A DNA stretch of 64,000 nt from an uncultured Vicinamibacteraceae bacterium (GCA_964585855.1 CAZPFK010000005.1:1807-65806); one strand, 5' to 3'. Counted from the stretch's first letter, positions 37,320 through 49,665 are shown. Translations and numbers: made by a program. Notes: generated from the sequence alone by a model not told the origin.

Positions 37320-38912
37320 TCAGCGGAGAATCGGCAGCGAGGTGCGTCGCTCGAGTTCCTCGGTCGGCTGGGCGATGAGGTCGTAGCCGTCGCTGTCCAC
37401 GATCGTGCAGCGTACTACTTCGCCGGGGCTCAGCTTGACGCGGCTGCGTACATACGTTGCCGAATCAATGTCCGGCGCCTGAAAGTAGCACCGCCCGCGA
37501 TAGAGCCGGCCCTCGGAGTCGGCGACTCCCGCCGTCGAGCGGCCCTGCGTTTTCGTCTCGGCGTCAATGAGCACGTCGAACTGAACGGGCTCTCCAGCCG
37601 ACTCCTCGGAATCCTGCTTGAACCCCGAGGCGAGGTAGGCCGCCTGCTCGAAGGCGATGCGCTGCTGCAGGGCCATGATCTCGTCGCTTCGGCGCTTCTT
37701 GGTCTCCTCGGGCACCAGCAGCGAGGCATCCTCTTCAAGGCGGTAGGCCGTCGTGCCCGGCTCCGGTGAATAGGTGAAGACGCCCAGCATGTCGAAGCCG
37801 AACTCCTCGATGAACTCGAGCAGTTCCTCGTGCTCGGCCTCAGTCTCGCCCGGATAGCCGGTGATGAAGGTCGTGCGGATGGCGATGCCGGGGATCCGCT
37901 CGCGCAGTTTCCACAACAGCGTCTCGATCTGTTCGCGGCTGGTGTTTCGCCGCATCGAGTTCAGCACGCGATCGTTGATGTGCTGCAGCGGCATGTCGAT
38001 GTACTTCACGACGTTGGGCAGCGAGGAAATCGTCTCGATCATCTCGTCAGTGAAACAGCTCGGATAGGCGTACATCAGCCGCAACCACGCCGATCCGTGC
38101 TCGGACGCCGCATCATTGAGGGCGGTGAGCATTCCGGAGAGCCCGGCGTCAAAACCGACGTCGTCGCCGTAGGAGGTCGTATCCTGGCCGATGAGGTTCA
38201 GTTCGAAGGCGCCGTCGGCGAAGAGCTCCCGCGCTTCGGTGATGATCGCAGGCAGGGGCTTGCTGCGCATCTTGCCGCGAATCGAGGGAATCGTGCAGAA
38301 CGAGCAGTTCTGGTTGCATCCCTCGGAGACCCGGAGGTAGGCGTAGTGACGCGGCGTCAGTCGCAGGCGGGCCGCGTCCGACTCGAAATACCCTACGCCG
38401 CGCCCGTCCTTGCCGTTGACGGTCAGCCCCACTGTCTGCCGGCCGCGCTCTCGCGCTGCCGTCAGCGCGTTGGCGGCAATCCAGTACGAGGGCCGGACAG
38501 ACGCTTCCGGCAGTCCCTCCCGCCGGGCCGCCTCGCCTCGGACCGCTTCGACGATGTGGTCGCGATCGAAGACGCCGACGAGCGCATCGATGTCCGGACA
38601 CCACTCCAGCATCTTCGCCCGATGCCGCTGCACGAGGCAGCCGGCGACGACCAGCCGCTTGACCTGCCCCGTTCGCTTGCGCTCCGCCGCTTCGGAGATG
38701 ACCTCCATCGACTCGATCTTGCTTGCTTCGAGGAAGCCACAGGTGTTCACAACGATCGCGTCGGCGTCATCGTGATCGGAAACGGGAGTCAGCCCGTCTT
38801 CGGCGAGCAGGCCGAGCATCTTCTCGGAATCGACGAGGTTCTTCGGACAGCCGAGGCTGACGAAGGCGACGGTGCGCACCTCGGAGGATGTTGTGGCTGT
38901 GGGCGGAGTCAT
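37320..38912 (-). CDS. rimO: Ribosomal protein S12 methylthiotransferase RimO (radical SAM, TRAM domain).
   Basis: VAFVSLGCPKNLVDSE, radical-SAM CNQNCSFC, and a C-terminal TRAM-like segment. Longer than typical because of two insertions. Confidence 0.9.
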   Translation of the reverse strand: MTPPTATTSSEVRTVAFVSLGCPKNLVDSEKMLGLLAEDGLTPVSDHDDADAIVVNTCGFLEASKIESMEVISEAAERKRTGQVKRLVVAGCLVQRHRAKMLEWCPDIDALVGVFDRDHIVEAVRGEAARREGLPEASVRPSYWIAANALTAARERGRQTVGLTVNGKDGRGVGYFESDAARLRLTPRHYAYLRVSEGCNQNCSFCTIPSIRGKMRSKPLPAIITEARELFADGAFELNLIGQDTTSYGDDVGFDAGLSGMLTALNDAASEHGSAWLRLMYAYPSCFTDEMIETISSLPNVVKYIDMPLQHINDRVLNSMRRNTSREQIETLLWKLRERIPGIAIRTTFITGYPGETEAEHEELLEFIEEFGFDMLGVFTYSPEPGTTAYRLEEDASLLVPEETKKRRSDEIMALQQRIAFEQAAYLASGFKQDSEESAGEPVQFDVLIDAETKTQGRSTAGVADSEGRLYRGRCYFQAPDIDSATYVRSRVKLSPGEVVRCTIVDSDGYDLIAQPTEELERRTSLPILR

Positions 38913-38916
38913 GCGA

Positions 38917-41715
<2,799 letters not shown>

Positions 41716-41885
41716 TCACATGAGGCGCAAAGCGAATCCTGCGGCCCGCATCAGTGTGCGGAAATTCGGGGTCTGAACGGGAGTTGTTTCCGCCGGAATC
41801 CGCCCTCCGTTCCGGAAACCGCTTCCTACCATCGCTCGCGCCCTTGCGTGTCCAGGGCCGCTTTCCTCCCTCAGGTCGGGGTGCC

Positions 41886-42815
41886 ATGACCGGACTCATC
41901 TCCCTCCTCCTGCTGGGCTTGGCACTGCTTCTGCTGCTGATGTGGGTCATGCTCGCCTGGGGGCTCACCCATCCGCCACGCCTCACCGCCGGCGTCGCCG
42001 CCGCACGCGACCTCCCGCTGGACCCGGATGAACTCGGGCTGATGTACGAGGACTGGGTGCTCGCCCGGCCCGGTGCGGACCTTCCGGTCTGGGACCTCCG
42101 CAACCCCGAGAATCCCAGGGGCAGCATCATCATCATCACCCACCCCTGGGGAGGCAGCCGCCATACCTCCCTCGAACGTGTCACACTCATCTGGGATGAG
42201 GCCTCCCGCGTCATCCTCTGGGACATGCGCGGCCACGGTGACGCCTCTCCCGGCGGAAGCAAACTGGGCGCCGAGGAGATCGACGATCTGCGCGAACTGA
42301 TCGAGGCCGTCGCCGATCCCCCGGGTCCGAACGCCCGGCCGCTGATTCTCTACGGAATGTCGATGGGGGCAGGGGTCTCCATCGGCGCAGCAGCCGAGAA
42401 CCCGCGCGTTCACGGTGTGATTGCCGACGGCCCCTATCGCTGGACGGGCGAGCCGATCCGCGCCATCTTGCGCCTCAGCGGGCTCCCCGTCACTCCGATC
42501 ACCATGGTCTGCTCGCGGTGGCTGGCTTACCGCCTGCCGCGCCTGCGGGAGTACGACCGTGCCCGCGCTGCGGCGCGACTCACCTGCCCGCTCCTGGTCC
42601 TCCACGGAGCTGACGACCCGATCTGCTCCATCGACTCCGCCCTGGAGATCTCAGAGGCGGCTCCCGATGCCGAACTGATCGTCGTCCCCCGGGCGACACA
42701 TCTCGACCTGCACAGCACCGATGAGGCGCGGTACCGCATGACCATGCGCGCCTTCATCCGCCGTTGTCGCCACCAGCACCGGATCGGCCTCGATGCTCCC
42801 GCCGAATCCGCCTGA
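41886..42815 (+). CDS. Alpha/beta hydrolase with an N-terminal membrane anchor.
   Basis: MTGLISLLLLGLALLLLLMWVML, then the nucleophile elbow YGMSMGAG, LVLHGADDP and ATHLDLH. Confidence 0.8.
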   Translation: MTGLISLLLLGLALLLLLMWVMLAWGLTHPPRLTAGVAAARDLPLDPDELGLMYEDWVLARPGADLPVWDLRNPENPRGSIIIITHPWGGSRHTSLERVTLIWDEASRVILWDMRGHGDASPGGSKLGAEEIDDLRELIEAVADPPGPNARPLILYGMSMGAGVSIGAAAENPRVHGVIADGPYRWTGEPIRAILRLSGLPVTPITMVCSRWLAYRLPRLREYDRARAAARLTCPLLVLHGADDPICSIDSALEISEAAPDAELIVVPRATHLDLHSTDEARYRMTMRAFIRRCRHQHRIGLDAPAESA

Positions 42816-42828
42816 CGCGTCGAGACGA

Positions 42829-43713
42829 TCAGAGCGGCCACGAGCCGGTGAAGACGCGCTGGGCAGGCCCGGTGATGCGGACGCCTCCCTGCCCATCCCA
42901 CTGGCCCTGGAGCGTACCACCGGGCAATGCGAGTCTGATGTCGCCGTCTGTCCGATGCTCCGCGATGCACGCAACAGTGACGGCCGCCGCGCCGCTGGCA
43001 CACGCCTGCGTCTCCCCGGCCCCGCGCTCCCATGAGCGCATCCGCACCTCCTGTCGTGACTCGATGCTGACGAGGTGCGCATTGATCCGCTCCGGAAATC
43101 GCGGATGATGCTCAATGGCCGGCCCGAGCGTGCGCAGATTCACGCACTCCACATCCTCGACGAAGATCACCGCGTGTGGATTGCCCACGCCGACGATCGT
43201 CGCCTCGACAGGTCCGCCGCTGCCCGGATCAAGCCGCAGACGCGGAGCCCTGCCGGGCTCCATCGCTCCGACCACCGGGAGGTGTTCCGGGTCGAGCGTC
43301 GGGGGGCCGAAGTCGCTCTCAATCAGCCACACCTCAGCGGCCTCCCCGCCCTGCTCAAGGATGCGCACCCGCACTGCGCGTCCGCCGCAGCCGATCGCAA
43401 AGGAGCGCCCGGGCGAGATCAGTTGCTCCTCAAGAAGGAATCGCGCCACACACCGGAGGCCATTGCCGCACATCTGCGCCTCGGAGCCATCGGAGTTCAG
43501 AATCCGCATCGTCGCAGCCGGGCCATCCGGACGAGACTCCGGGGAGACCAGAATAATGCCGTCGGCCCCGACGCCTCGATGGCGGTCGCTCAGGGCGATC
43601 GCGAGCGGACCGAGCGCAACACCTTGCAGGCAATCGGCTTGAGAGACGGCATCGATGAGGAGGTAGTCGTTGCCCAAGCCGTGCATTTTCGTGAACGTCA
43701 GCATTCCAGCCAT
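42829..43713 (-). CDS. dapF: Diaminopimelate epimerase.
   Basis: FTKMHGLGNDYLLID, MCGNGLRC and ETQACASGA (the two catalytic Cys contexts). Confidence 0.9.
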   Translation of the reverse strand: MAGMLTFTKMHGLGNDYLLIDAVSQADCLQGVALGPLAIALSDRHRGVGADGIILVSPESRPDGPAATMRILNSDGSEAQMCGNGLRCVARFLLEEQLISPGRSFAIGCGGRAVRVRILEQGGEAAEVWLIESDFGPPTLDPEHLPVVGAMEPGRAPRLRLDPGSGGPVEATIVGVGNPHAVIFVEDVECVNLRTLGPAIEHHPRFPERINAHLVSIESRQEVRMRSWERGAGETQACASGAAAVTVACIAEHRTDGDIRLALPGGTLQGQWDGQGGVRITGPAQRVFTGSWPL

Positions 43714-43842
43714 CGGATTTCCGCCGGAGGGGGGTGTCGGGAGGCGTCGGGACGGGAGACGGGCCGACGGCCGCGTCCCCGGGGATGATAGTTCTGCCCC
43801 CGATTCCGACTGCCCCCTCTGAGAATCGAAAGGAACCTGATC

Positions 43843-45414
43843 ATGCGTGAACGCTCGCTTCTCTCACCTCGTTGCCGACGAATTGCCGGCCTCTGCCTGG
43901 GCGCCGCCCTGGCTCCTGGCGCACTGGCGCAGTCCGATGCCGAAGTCGGAGCCGAACTGCAGGAGGTCGTCAATCAGGCGGTGCAGGGCGCCCTGGCCGA
44001 GAGCGTCCGCATGCCGCCCCCGAGATCGATGCGGGTGGGTGGGAGCGATCCCTTCGAGCCGACCATCACCTCGTCCGAACTGGAACGCATGCAGGCGCGG
44101 CTTGCCTTCGACGCCGAGCAGCAGGCCATCCTCGACCTTCTCTACAGCGGCTATACCGAGGCGATCGATGCCGAGGGCCGGACCATGCGCGACTCGGTTC
44201 CGCCGGCCCGGTTTGATCTGAACTCCGAGGAGGGAATGGCGAAGTTTCACGAGTTGATGCAGCAGCGCGATGAGATGATGAAGCAGTGGCGGCAGCGCCG
44301 TCAGGAACTCACCTCCGATTTCCTCTCCAACGTCGAGTCACTCCTGGCTCCCAGTCAGGAGGGTTCCTGGAGTGCCTATGAACGCGACCTCCGTCGCCGG
44401 CAGCAGTTGTCACGGCCCGGACAGGTCTCCGGTGAGAATGTCGATCTCGTGGCGGTCGTGGAGCGGCTTGAGATGTCAGCCGACATTCGTGTCGAGATCG
44501 ATCCGATTCTGGAGCAGTACGCGGCCGAGATGGATGCCGCGCTTACCGAACGGCAGACCGCTCTCGACGCCCGGCGGGAGATCATCGGCGACCCCGGCCA
44601 GCCGCGACAGGAGGGCATTGACCGGGAGTCGATGCAGGACCGGCAGGTCGATGTGCTCAAGGCCGGCCACGCCGTGACGCAGATCAATCGGCGGTACCTG
44701 GAGACCATCGCCGGCCTGCTGGACGGATCGACGGCGTCGGCACTTCGGGCCGAGTTCAACCGCAGCGCGTTTCCGTACGTCTTTTCGCCGACACCGGCGG
44801 AGGGGTATCTTGAAGATGTGCTGGCGATGGAGTCGCTGAGCGACTCGCAGCGGGAGCAGGTGCGGATGATCGGCGCTGAGCATGAGGAGCAGCTGGCCAT
44901 CGCCAACGACGAGATCGTCGGCGTCGAGATTCGCGCTGAACGCGAGCAGTATGAGATCCTCGCCGGCATCAGGGAGCTGCCGCAGGAGGAGGGCGATCAG
45001 GTGCGCATGATGACCTTTGTCTCCTCCGGCGACGATCAGCCCATGATGCACATGAGTCTCGGGGAGTCGCAGGAGATTCGTGAGGCGAGATTCGCCGCGC
45101 TGCAACGCAAGGACACTCTCGTCCGGGAGACGATCGATCGCATCTTCGGCATCCTCAACCCGGAGCAGCAGACATTGGCGGCTAAGCCCGAGTTCAATCG
45201 AAACCAGCCCATCTTCTCGCCGACCGGCGCCCAGGTGCAGGAGTTCCGTCTGCCCGGAGGCGGCCAGGGCCGTGTCATGTTCATAGGCCCCGAAGGCGGG
45301 TTGCCGGAGGGAGCGGAGGTCAGCGTGATGGTCGCGCCGGGAGGCGAGGCGACTGTCGAGATTCAGGCCGAGGAGGGGGCCGGCGGCGACGATGCTGAGG
45401 ACGATGAGAACTGA
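43843..45414 (+). CDS. Secreted, helical, charge-rich hypothetical protein with an acidic C-terminus.
   Basis: Signal peptide ending ALAPGALAQS and an AAAGGAA RBS. Repeated xxEQQ/xxSQR strings; tail EEGAGGDDAEDDEN. Confidence 0.65.
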   Translation: MRERSLLSPRCRRIAGLCLGAALAPGALAQSDAEVGAELQEVVNQAVQGALAESVRMPPPRSMRVGGSDPFEPTITSSELERMQARLAFDAEQQAILDLLYSGYTEAIDAEGRTMRDSVPPARFDLNSEEGMAKFHELMQQRDEMMKQWRQRRQELTSDFLSNVESLLAPSQEGSWSAYERDLRRRQQLSRPGQVSGENVDLVAVVERLEMSADIRVEIDPILEQYAAEMDAALTERQTALDARREIIGDPGQPRQEGIDRESMQDRQVDVLKAGHAVTQINRRYLETIAGLLDGSTASALRAEFNRSAFPYVFSPTPAEGYLEDVLAMESLSDSQREQVRMIGAEHEEQLAIANDEIVGVEIRAEREQYEILAGIRELPQEEGDQVRMMTFVSSGDDQPMMHMSLGESQEIREARFAALQRKDTLVRETIDRIFGILNPEQQTLAAKPEFNRNQPIFSPTGAQVQEFRLPGGGQGRVMFIGPEGGLPEGAEVSVMVAPGGEATVEIQAEEGAGGDDAEDDEN

Positions 45415-45442
45415 TTCGTCACACGGCTGCATGCAGAAAAGC

Positions 45443-45478
45443 CAACAACGGGCAATCCGACCGGGTCGCCCGTTGTTG
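45443..45478 (-). terminator. Intrinsic terminator for paralog A; may also serve the convergent + strand gene.
   Basis: An 11-bp perfect stem, CAACAACGGGC (45443-45453) pairing with GCCCGTTGTTG (45468-45478). On the minus strand it is followed by CTTTTCT. Confidence 0.7.
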
Positions 45479-45513
45479 CTGCAAATGGGGGAGTGAGTGC
45501 CCTGCAGTCAAAC

Positions 45514-46647
45514 TCAGCCGATGATGATCACGTTCGACGTGCCGCACGTCGCGCCGTCAATGGCCTGAACGTGAATCCGATTGCAGGCGGCCTGGGGAAC
45601 GTTTCCGGAGATAGATGCGTTGCCGGAGCCGTTCGCATTCACAATCTGGATCAGAGTGACCGGAGCGGCCAGACCAGTCGTCGTGCCGGCGCAGGCGCCG
45701 CCCGGGATCACGAACGAGCCGGCGTTGTTGGACCGCAGGAACGCAACCGGGCCGCCCGGCGTTGCCCCTGTGGCCGATACGGTCTTGCTTCCCGGGCAGC
45801 CGGGTGACTGGCTGATGACAAAACCGCCGCCGCAATTGGGCTTGATGGCACCGTCGCTGGTCTCATACTCGGGGAGACCGGTGCCGAAGTTGAACGGGCC
45901 GATGACGTCAACGCGGGCCTTCGGGCCGGTTCCGGTCCAGAGCTCAGTCAGGAAGGCACCGGCGTTGAAGGCACAGTGGTAGAAGGTTCCTGAGCCGGTG
46001 CGGTCCGTCGTCGTGCCTTGGGCGAAGTTCGCATCGAACCCCTGGAAGGGCAGGAGCACCGCCGCTCCGACCGGGCCGGCCCAGCTGAACTCTGCATCAT
46101 TGACGAGATCCTGCGCATAGAAAGTGCCGCCTGCATCAATGGCCAGACCGGTACACAGTGCGGAGAACCCACCCGTCGTCGTCGAGCCGAGATTCGTCGC
46201 CAGGCCCGTCGTCAGGTTGATCGAGTAGATGTTGAAGTTCGGCACCGACGAGGACGCTCCGATTCCGTACATTGTGCCGGAGCCATGGTCAAAGGCCATA
46301 TCCGTAATGATCTGCCCGGACAGTACGCCGCCTGAGCCGATGAATGTCGCCGCCCCGGTGGACTGGCTGATGCTGTAGAGGCCGACAGCGCCGGTCTGAA
46401 CGTAGCCGTACAGGTTGCCGTTGCAGTCAAAGTCCATACCGGAGAAGAGCGAACCCGTGAAGCCGGTACGGCCGATGACCACATCGCTGAAGGCGGGAGC
46501 CGCGGCGTCAAAGGTGATGATGCGGTCCCCTCCTGGGCCGACGTTGAAATCGGCGAGGTTATCGGGCGCCCAGATGGTGGGGGCCGCAAAGGATGTGGCT
46601 CCAGCGAAGCACAACGACACGATAAAACCAGTTGCAGCAGACTTCAT
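45514..46647 (-). CDS. Secreted repeat (beta-propeller-like) protein, paralog A of a tandem trio, with a Cys-rich C-terminal domain.
   Basis: ATG at 46647 preceded by AAGGAGAG. Signal peptide then APTIWAPDNLADFNVGPGGDR. Repeated blade-like strings MDFDCNGNLYGY, MAFDHGSGTMYGIG and LAIDAGGTFYAQDL. Confidence 0.8.
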   Translation of the reverse strand: MKSAATGFIVSLCFAGATSFAAPTIWAPDNLADFNVGPGGDRIITFDAAAPAFSDVVIGRTGFTGSLFSGMDFDCNGNLYGYVQTGAVGLYSISQSTGAATFIGSGGVLSGQIITDMAFDHGSGTMYGIGASSSVPNFNIYSINLTTGLATNLGSTTTGGFSALCTGLAIDAGGTFYAQDLVNDAEFSWAGPVGAAVLLPFQGFDANFAQGTTTDRTGSGTFYHCAFNAGAFLTELWTGTGPKARVDVIGPFNFGTGLPEYETSDGAIKPNCGGGFVISQSPGCPGSKTVSATGATPGGPVAFLRSNNAGSFVIPGGACAGTTTGLAAPVTLIQIVNANGSGNASISGNVPQAACNRIHVQAIDGATCGTSNVIIIG

Positions 46648-46723
46648 GACTGCTCTCCTTCGTTGGTCCTTCAATCGTCCCGAAAGGAACACCCTTTCCG
46701 GCGACATATCCGGACCATCAGTT

Positions 46724-46751
46724 AATCTGCATCCGAAAACCAAAACGTCAA
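46724..46751 (-). promoter_or_regulatory. Sigma70-like promoter candidate for paralog A.
   Basis: Minus strand reads TTGACG, 16 nt, CAGATT, about 77 nt upstream of the start, followed by TGATGGTCCGGA, which is shared with paralog B. Confidence 0.35.
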
Positions 46752-46810
46752 GATGCCGCAAGTCACACGCCATCTGATTGCTGCAAGTCGGCCTGCGGAA
46801 TGGAGTTGCA

Positions 46811-46854
46811 GACGAAGAAAAAAGCATCGAGCGGCCCGGAAGGACCGCTCGATG
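46811..46854 (-). terminator. Intrinsic terminator for paralog B.
   Basis: CATCGAGCGG (46825-46834) pairs with CCGCTCGATG (46845-46854). Minus-strand T tract CTTTTTTCTTC. Near-identical to the element at 48193-48233. Confidence 0.75.
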
Positions 46855-46886
46855 GCTTGCCCGTGTGCAGGATTCATCCTGTTCCG

Positions 46887-48020
46887 TCAGAGAACGATAT
46901 GGACATTCGACGTCGCACAGGTCGTCTGGTCAACGGCCTGAAGCATCAGCCGGCCGCAGGCGGCATCCGGCAACGTTCCGCCGATGATGACGGTTCCATC
47001 GCCGTCGGCCTGAAAGGTGCCGACGAGAACGACCCGGGGGCCGAGGTCAAGCACGGTTCCGGCGCAGGGTCCGGTCGGCAGGGTGAAGTTGCCTCGGTTG
47101 AATGATCGGAAGAGGCAGACGTCTCCATTGGGGGTTGCACAGGTGATGCGCAGGCGGTAGTCGCCGGGGCAGTCGCCTTTGCCGGTCAGTTCAAGTTCGC
47201 AGGCGCCGCAATTGGGGCGAATCGCGCCGTCGCTGGTTTCATACTCAGGAAGGCCGGTGCCGAAGTTGAACGGACCGATGACATCTACGCGGGTCTTAGC
47301 GCCCCCGTAGGCCCCGCCCTCGTACTTCCACAACTCGCAGAGAAACGCCCCGCTGTTGAAAGCGCAGTGGTAGAAGTCGTCGTCTCCGGTGCGATCCGTC
47401 GTCGTGCCCTGGGCGAAGTTGGCGTCGAAGCCCTGGAAGCCGATGCTCACGCCCGCACCGACTGGGCCGGCCCAGACGAACTCAGAGTCTGAGATCAGAT
47501 CCTGACCGTAGAAGTCTCCGGCCGCATCGATGGCCAGACCGGTGCAGAGAACGCCGGTGGTGCTGACGGTGCCGAGGTTGGTGGCCACGCCGCTGCTCAG
47601 GTCGATCTCGTAGATGTTCGGATTGCTGAACGAGCCGATGCCGTACATCGTGTTTGCGTCGTGATCGAAGGCGATGTCGGTGATGATGTCGCCCGAGAGC
47701 ACGCCGCCGGAGCCGATGAAGGTGGCCGCGCCTGTGGACTGATCGATGCTGTAGAGGCCGACTGCTCCGGTCTGCACATAGCCGTACAGGTTGCCGTCGC
47801 AGTCAAAGTCCATGCCCGAGAAGAGCGAGCCCGTAAAACCGGTGCGCCCCACGACGGCGGGCACTGCCGGTGCGGCAGCGTCATAGGTGATGACGCGGTC
47901 ACCACCCGGGCCGACGTTGAAGTCAGCGAGGTTGTCGGGGGACCAGATGGTGGGACCTGCGGCCAGCATCGAGCCGGTCGTCATCGCTGCAACAACAAAA
48001 CCAGTGACACGCAATCTCAT
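46887..48020 (-). CDS. Secreted repeat protein, paralog B.
   Basis: ATG at 48020 preceded by AAAGGAGAG. GPTIWSPDNLADFNVGPGGDRVITYDAA and MDFDCDGNLYGYVQTGAVGLYSI. Its C-terminal Cys-rich domain is more diverged than in A and C. Confidence 0.8.
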   Translation of the reverse strand: MRLRVTGFVVAAMTTGSMLAAGPTIWSPDNLADFNVGPGGDRVITYDAAAPAVPAVVGRTGFTGSLFSGMDFDCDGNLYGYVQTGAVGLYSIDQSTGAATFIGSGGVLSGDIITDIAFDHDANTMYGIGSFSNPNIYEIDLSSGVATNLGTVSTTGVLCTGLAIDAAGDFYGQDLISDSEFVWAGPVGAGVSIGFQGFDANFAQGTTTDRTGDDDFYHCAFNSGAFLCELWKYEGGAYGGAKTRVDVIGPFNFGTGLPEYETSDGAIRPNCGACELELTGKGDCPGDYRLRITCATPNGDVCLFRSFNRGNFTLPTGPCAGTVLDLGPRVVLVGTFQADGDGTVIIGGTLPDAACGRLMLQAVDQTTCATSNVHIVL

Positions 48021-48099
48021 GGCTTCTCTCCTTTTGATTGGCTGTTTCCGGAAACTCCCGCGGATCACGCCTCGGGATTAAGTTTCCGGACCATCGTTC

Positions 48100-48128
48100 A
48101 GAATGCAATGAGAACCAGCCTCTGTCAA
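48100..48128 (-). promoter_or_regulatory. Sigma70-like promoter candidate for paralog B.
   Basis: Minus strand reads TTGACA, 17 nt, CATTCT, about 80 nt upstream of the start. Confidence 0.35.
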
Positions 48129-48192
48129 GGGAACAGAGTGCGAACGATGATCCGATCGTTCAGAAGATGCTGTAGATACTCGGGTTGAAGTT

Positions 48193-48233
48193 GCAGAAAA
48201 ATACATCGAGCGGCCCGGAAGGGCCGCTCGATG
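48193..48233 (-). terminator. Intrinsic terminator for paralog C.
   Basis: Perfect 13-bp stem CATCGAGCGGCCC / GGGCCGCTCGATG with a GGAA tetraloop (48204-48233). Minus-strand T tract TATTTTTCTGC. Confidence 0.85.
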
Positions 48234-48274
48234 AGTCAAATCAGAGTGCGAACCGAATCCAGAGTCAGCAGACC

Positions 48275-49396
48275 TCAGTTGAGGGTGATGACGTTGGACG
48301 TGCTGCAGGTCGCGCCGTCAACGGCCTGAACTTCGATCACGCCGCAGGCGGCCGCAGGGACGTTACCGGAGAGGACCGCAGTGCCGGAACCGTTGGCATT
48401 GACGATCTGCACCAGGGTCACGGGAGCGGCCAGACCGGTCTGCGTGCCGGCGCAAGCGCCGCCGGGGATCACGAAGTTACCGGGGTTGTTGGAGCGGATG
48501 AAAGCAACCGGACCGCCGGCGGTGGCGCCGGTGGCGGTGATGCTCTTGTTGCCGGGGCAGCCCGAAGACTGATCGATGGAGAAGCCGCCGCCGCAGTTGG
48601 GGACGATGGCGCCGTCGCTGGTCTCATACTCGGGGAGACCGGTTCCGAAGTTGAACGGGCCGATGACGTCAACGAGGGTCTTGGGGCCGGTGCCGGTCCA
48701 GAGCTCGGTCAGGAACGCGCCGGAGTTGAAGGCACAGTGGTAGAAGGTGTCATCGCCGGTGCGATCGGTCGTCGTGCCCTGAGCGAAGTTGGCGTCGAAG
48801 CCCTGGAAGCCCAGGCCGGTGCCGGCGCCGACCGGGCCGGTCCACACGAACTCCTGGTCCGTGATGAGATCCTGACCGTAGAAGTTGCCGGCCGCGTCGA
48901 TGGCCAGACCGGTGCAGAGGACGCCGGTGGTGCTGACGGTGCCGAGGTTGGTGGCCAGACCGGTGCTCAGGTTGATCGAATAGATGTTCGGATTGCTGAA
49001 CTGGCCAATGCCGTACATCGTGCCTGAGTCGTGATCGAAGGCGATGTCGGTGATGATGTCGCCGGAGACCAGACCGCCGGACCCGATGAGGGTCGCAGCG
49101 CCGGTGGACTGATTGATGCTGTAGAGGCCGACGGCGCCGGTCTGAACGTAGCCGTAGAGGTTGCCGTCACAGTCGAAGTCCATACCGGAGAAGAGCGAAC
49201 CGGTGAACCCGGTGCGGCCGATGACCACGTCACTCGTGGCGGGGTTGGCGGCGTCGAAGGTGATCACTCGGTCACCGCCGGGGCCGACGTTGAAGTCAGC
49301 CAGGTTGTCCGGAGCCCAAATGGTCGGGGCTGCAAAAGCGGCCGACGACACTGTAGCAAAACCGATAGCAACAAGAAGGTTCTTCACTTTACTCAC
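48275..49396 (-). CDS. Secreted repeat protein, paralog C.
   Basis: GTG at 49396, or GTG at 49387, which sits 8 nt after AAGGAG. The sequence is very similar to paralog A along its whole length. Confidence 0.8.
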   Translation of the reverse strand: MSKVKNLLVAIGFATVSSAAFAAPTIWAPDNLADFNVGPGGDRVITFDAANPATSDVVIGRTGFTGSLFSGMDFDCDGNLYGYVQTGAVGLYSINQSTGAATLIGSGGLVSGDIITDIAFDHDSGTMYGIGQFSNPNIYSINLSTGLATNLGTVSTTGVLCTGLAIDAAGNFYGQDLITDQEFVWTGPVGAGTGLGFQGFDANFAQGTTTDRTGDDTFYHCAFNSGAFLTELWTGTGPKTLVDVIGPFNFGTGLPEYETSDGAIVPNCGGGFSIDQSSGCPGNKSITATGATAGGPVAFIRSNNPGNFVIPGGACAGTQTGLAAPVTLVQIVNANGSGTAVLSGNVPAAACGVIEVQAVDGATCSTSNVITLN

Positions 49397-49470
49397 TCCT
49401 TTGTGTGGCGCTCAGGAAAACCTGCGGCAGGACGTTCCGCCGAGATTGACAGGCCTTCCCAAGTGCTACA

Positions 49471-49499
49471 AACGTACCAGATGATAGCGGAGGCGTCAA
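49471..49499 (-). promoter_or_regulatory. Sigma70-like promoter candidate for paralog C.
   Basis: Minus strand reads TTGACG, 17 nt, TACGTT, about 75-85 nt upstream of the start. Confidence 0.3.
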
Positions 49500-49665
49500 T
49501 GCATCGGAACCGCGATTCCATCGAGAATTGCAGATTTATTCCTGACTTCGTACTTTCACACGCACTCTCAGGACGAGTCGCAAGATTCAGCGGACATCTC
49601 CGCAATCCTAACGTCAGATAACGTTGATCGTGTGACGCCGCGAGACGTCCAATAAGCGAGATGTG

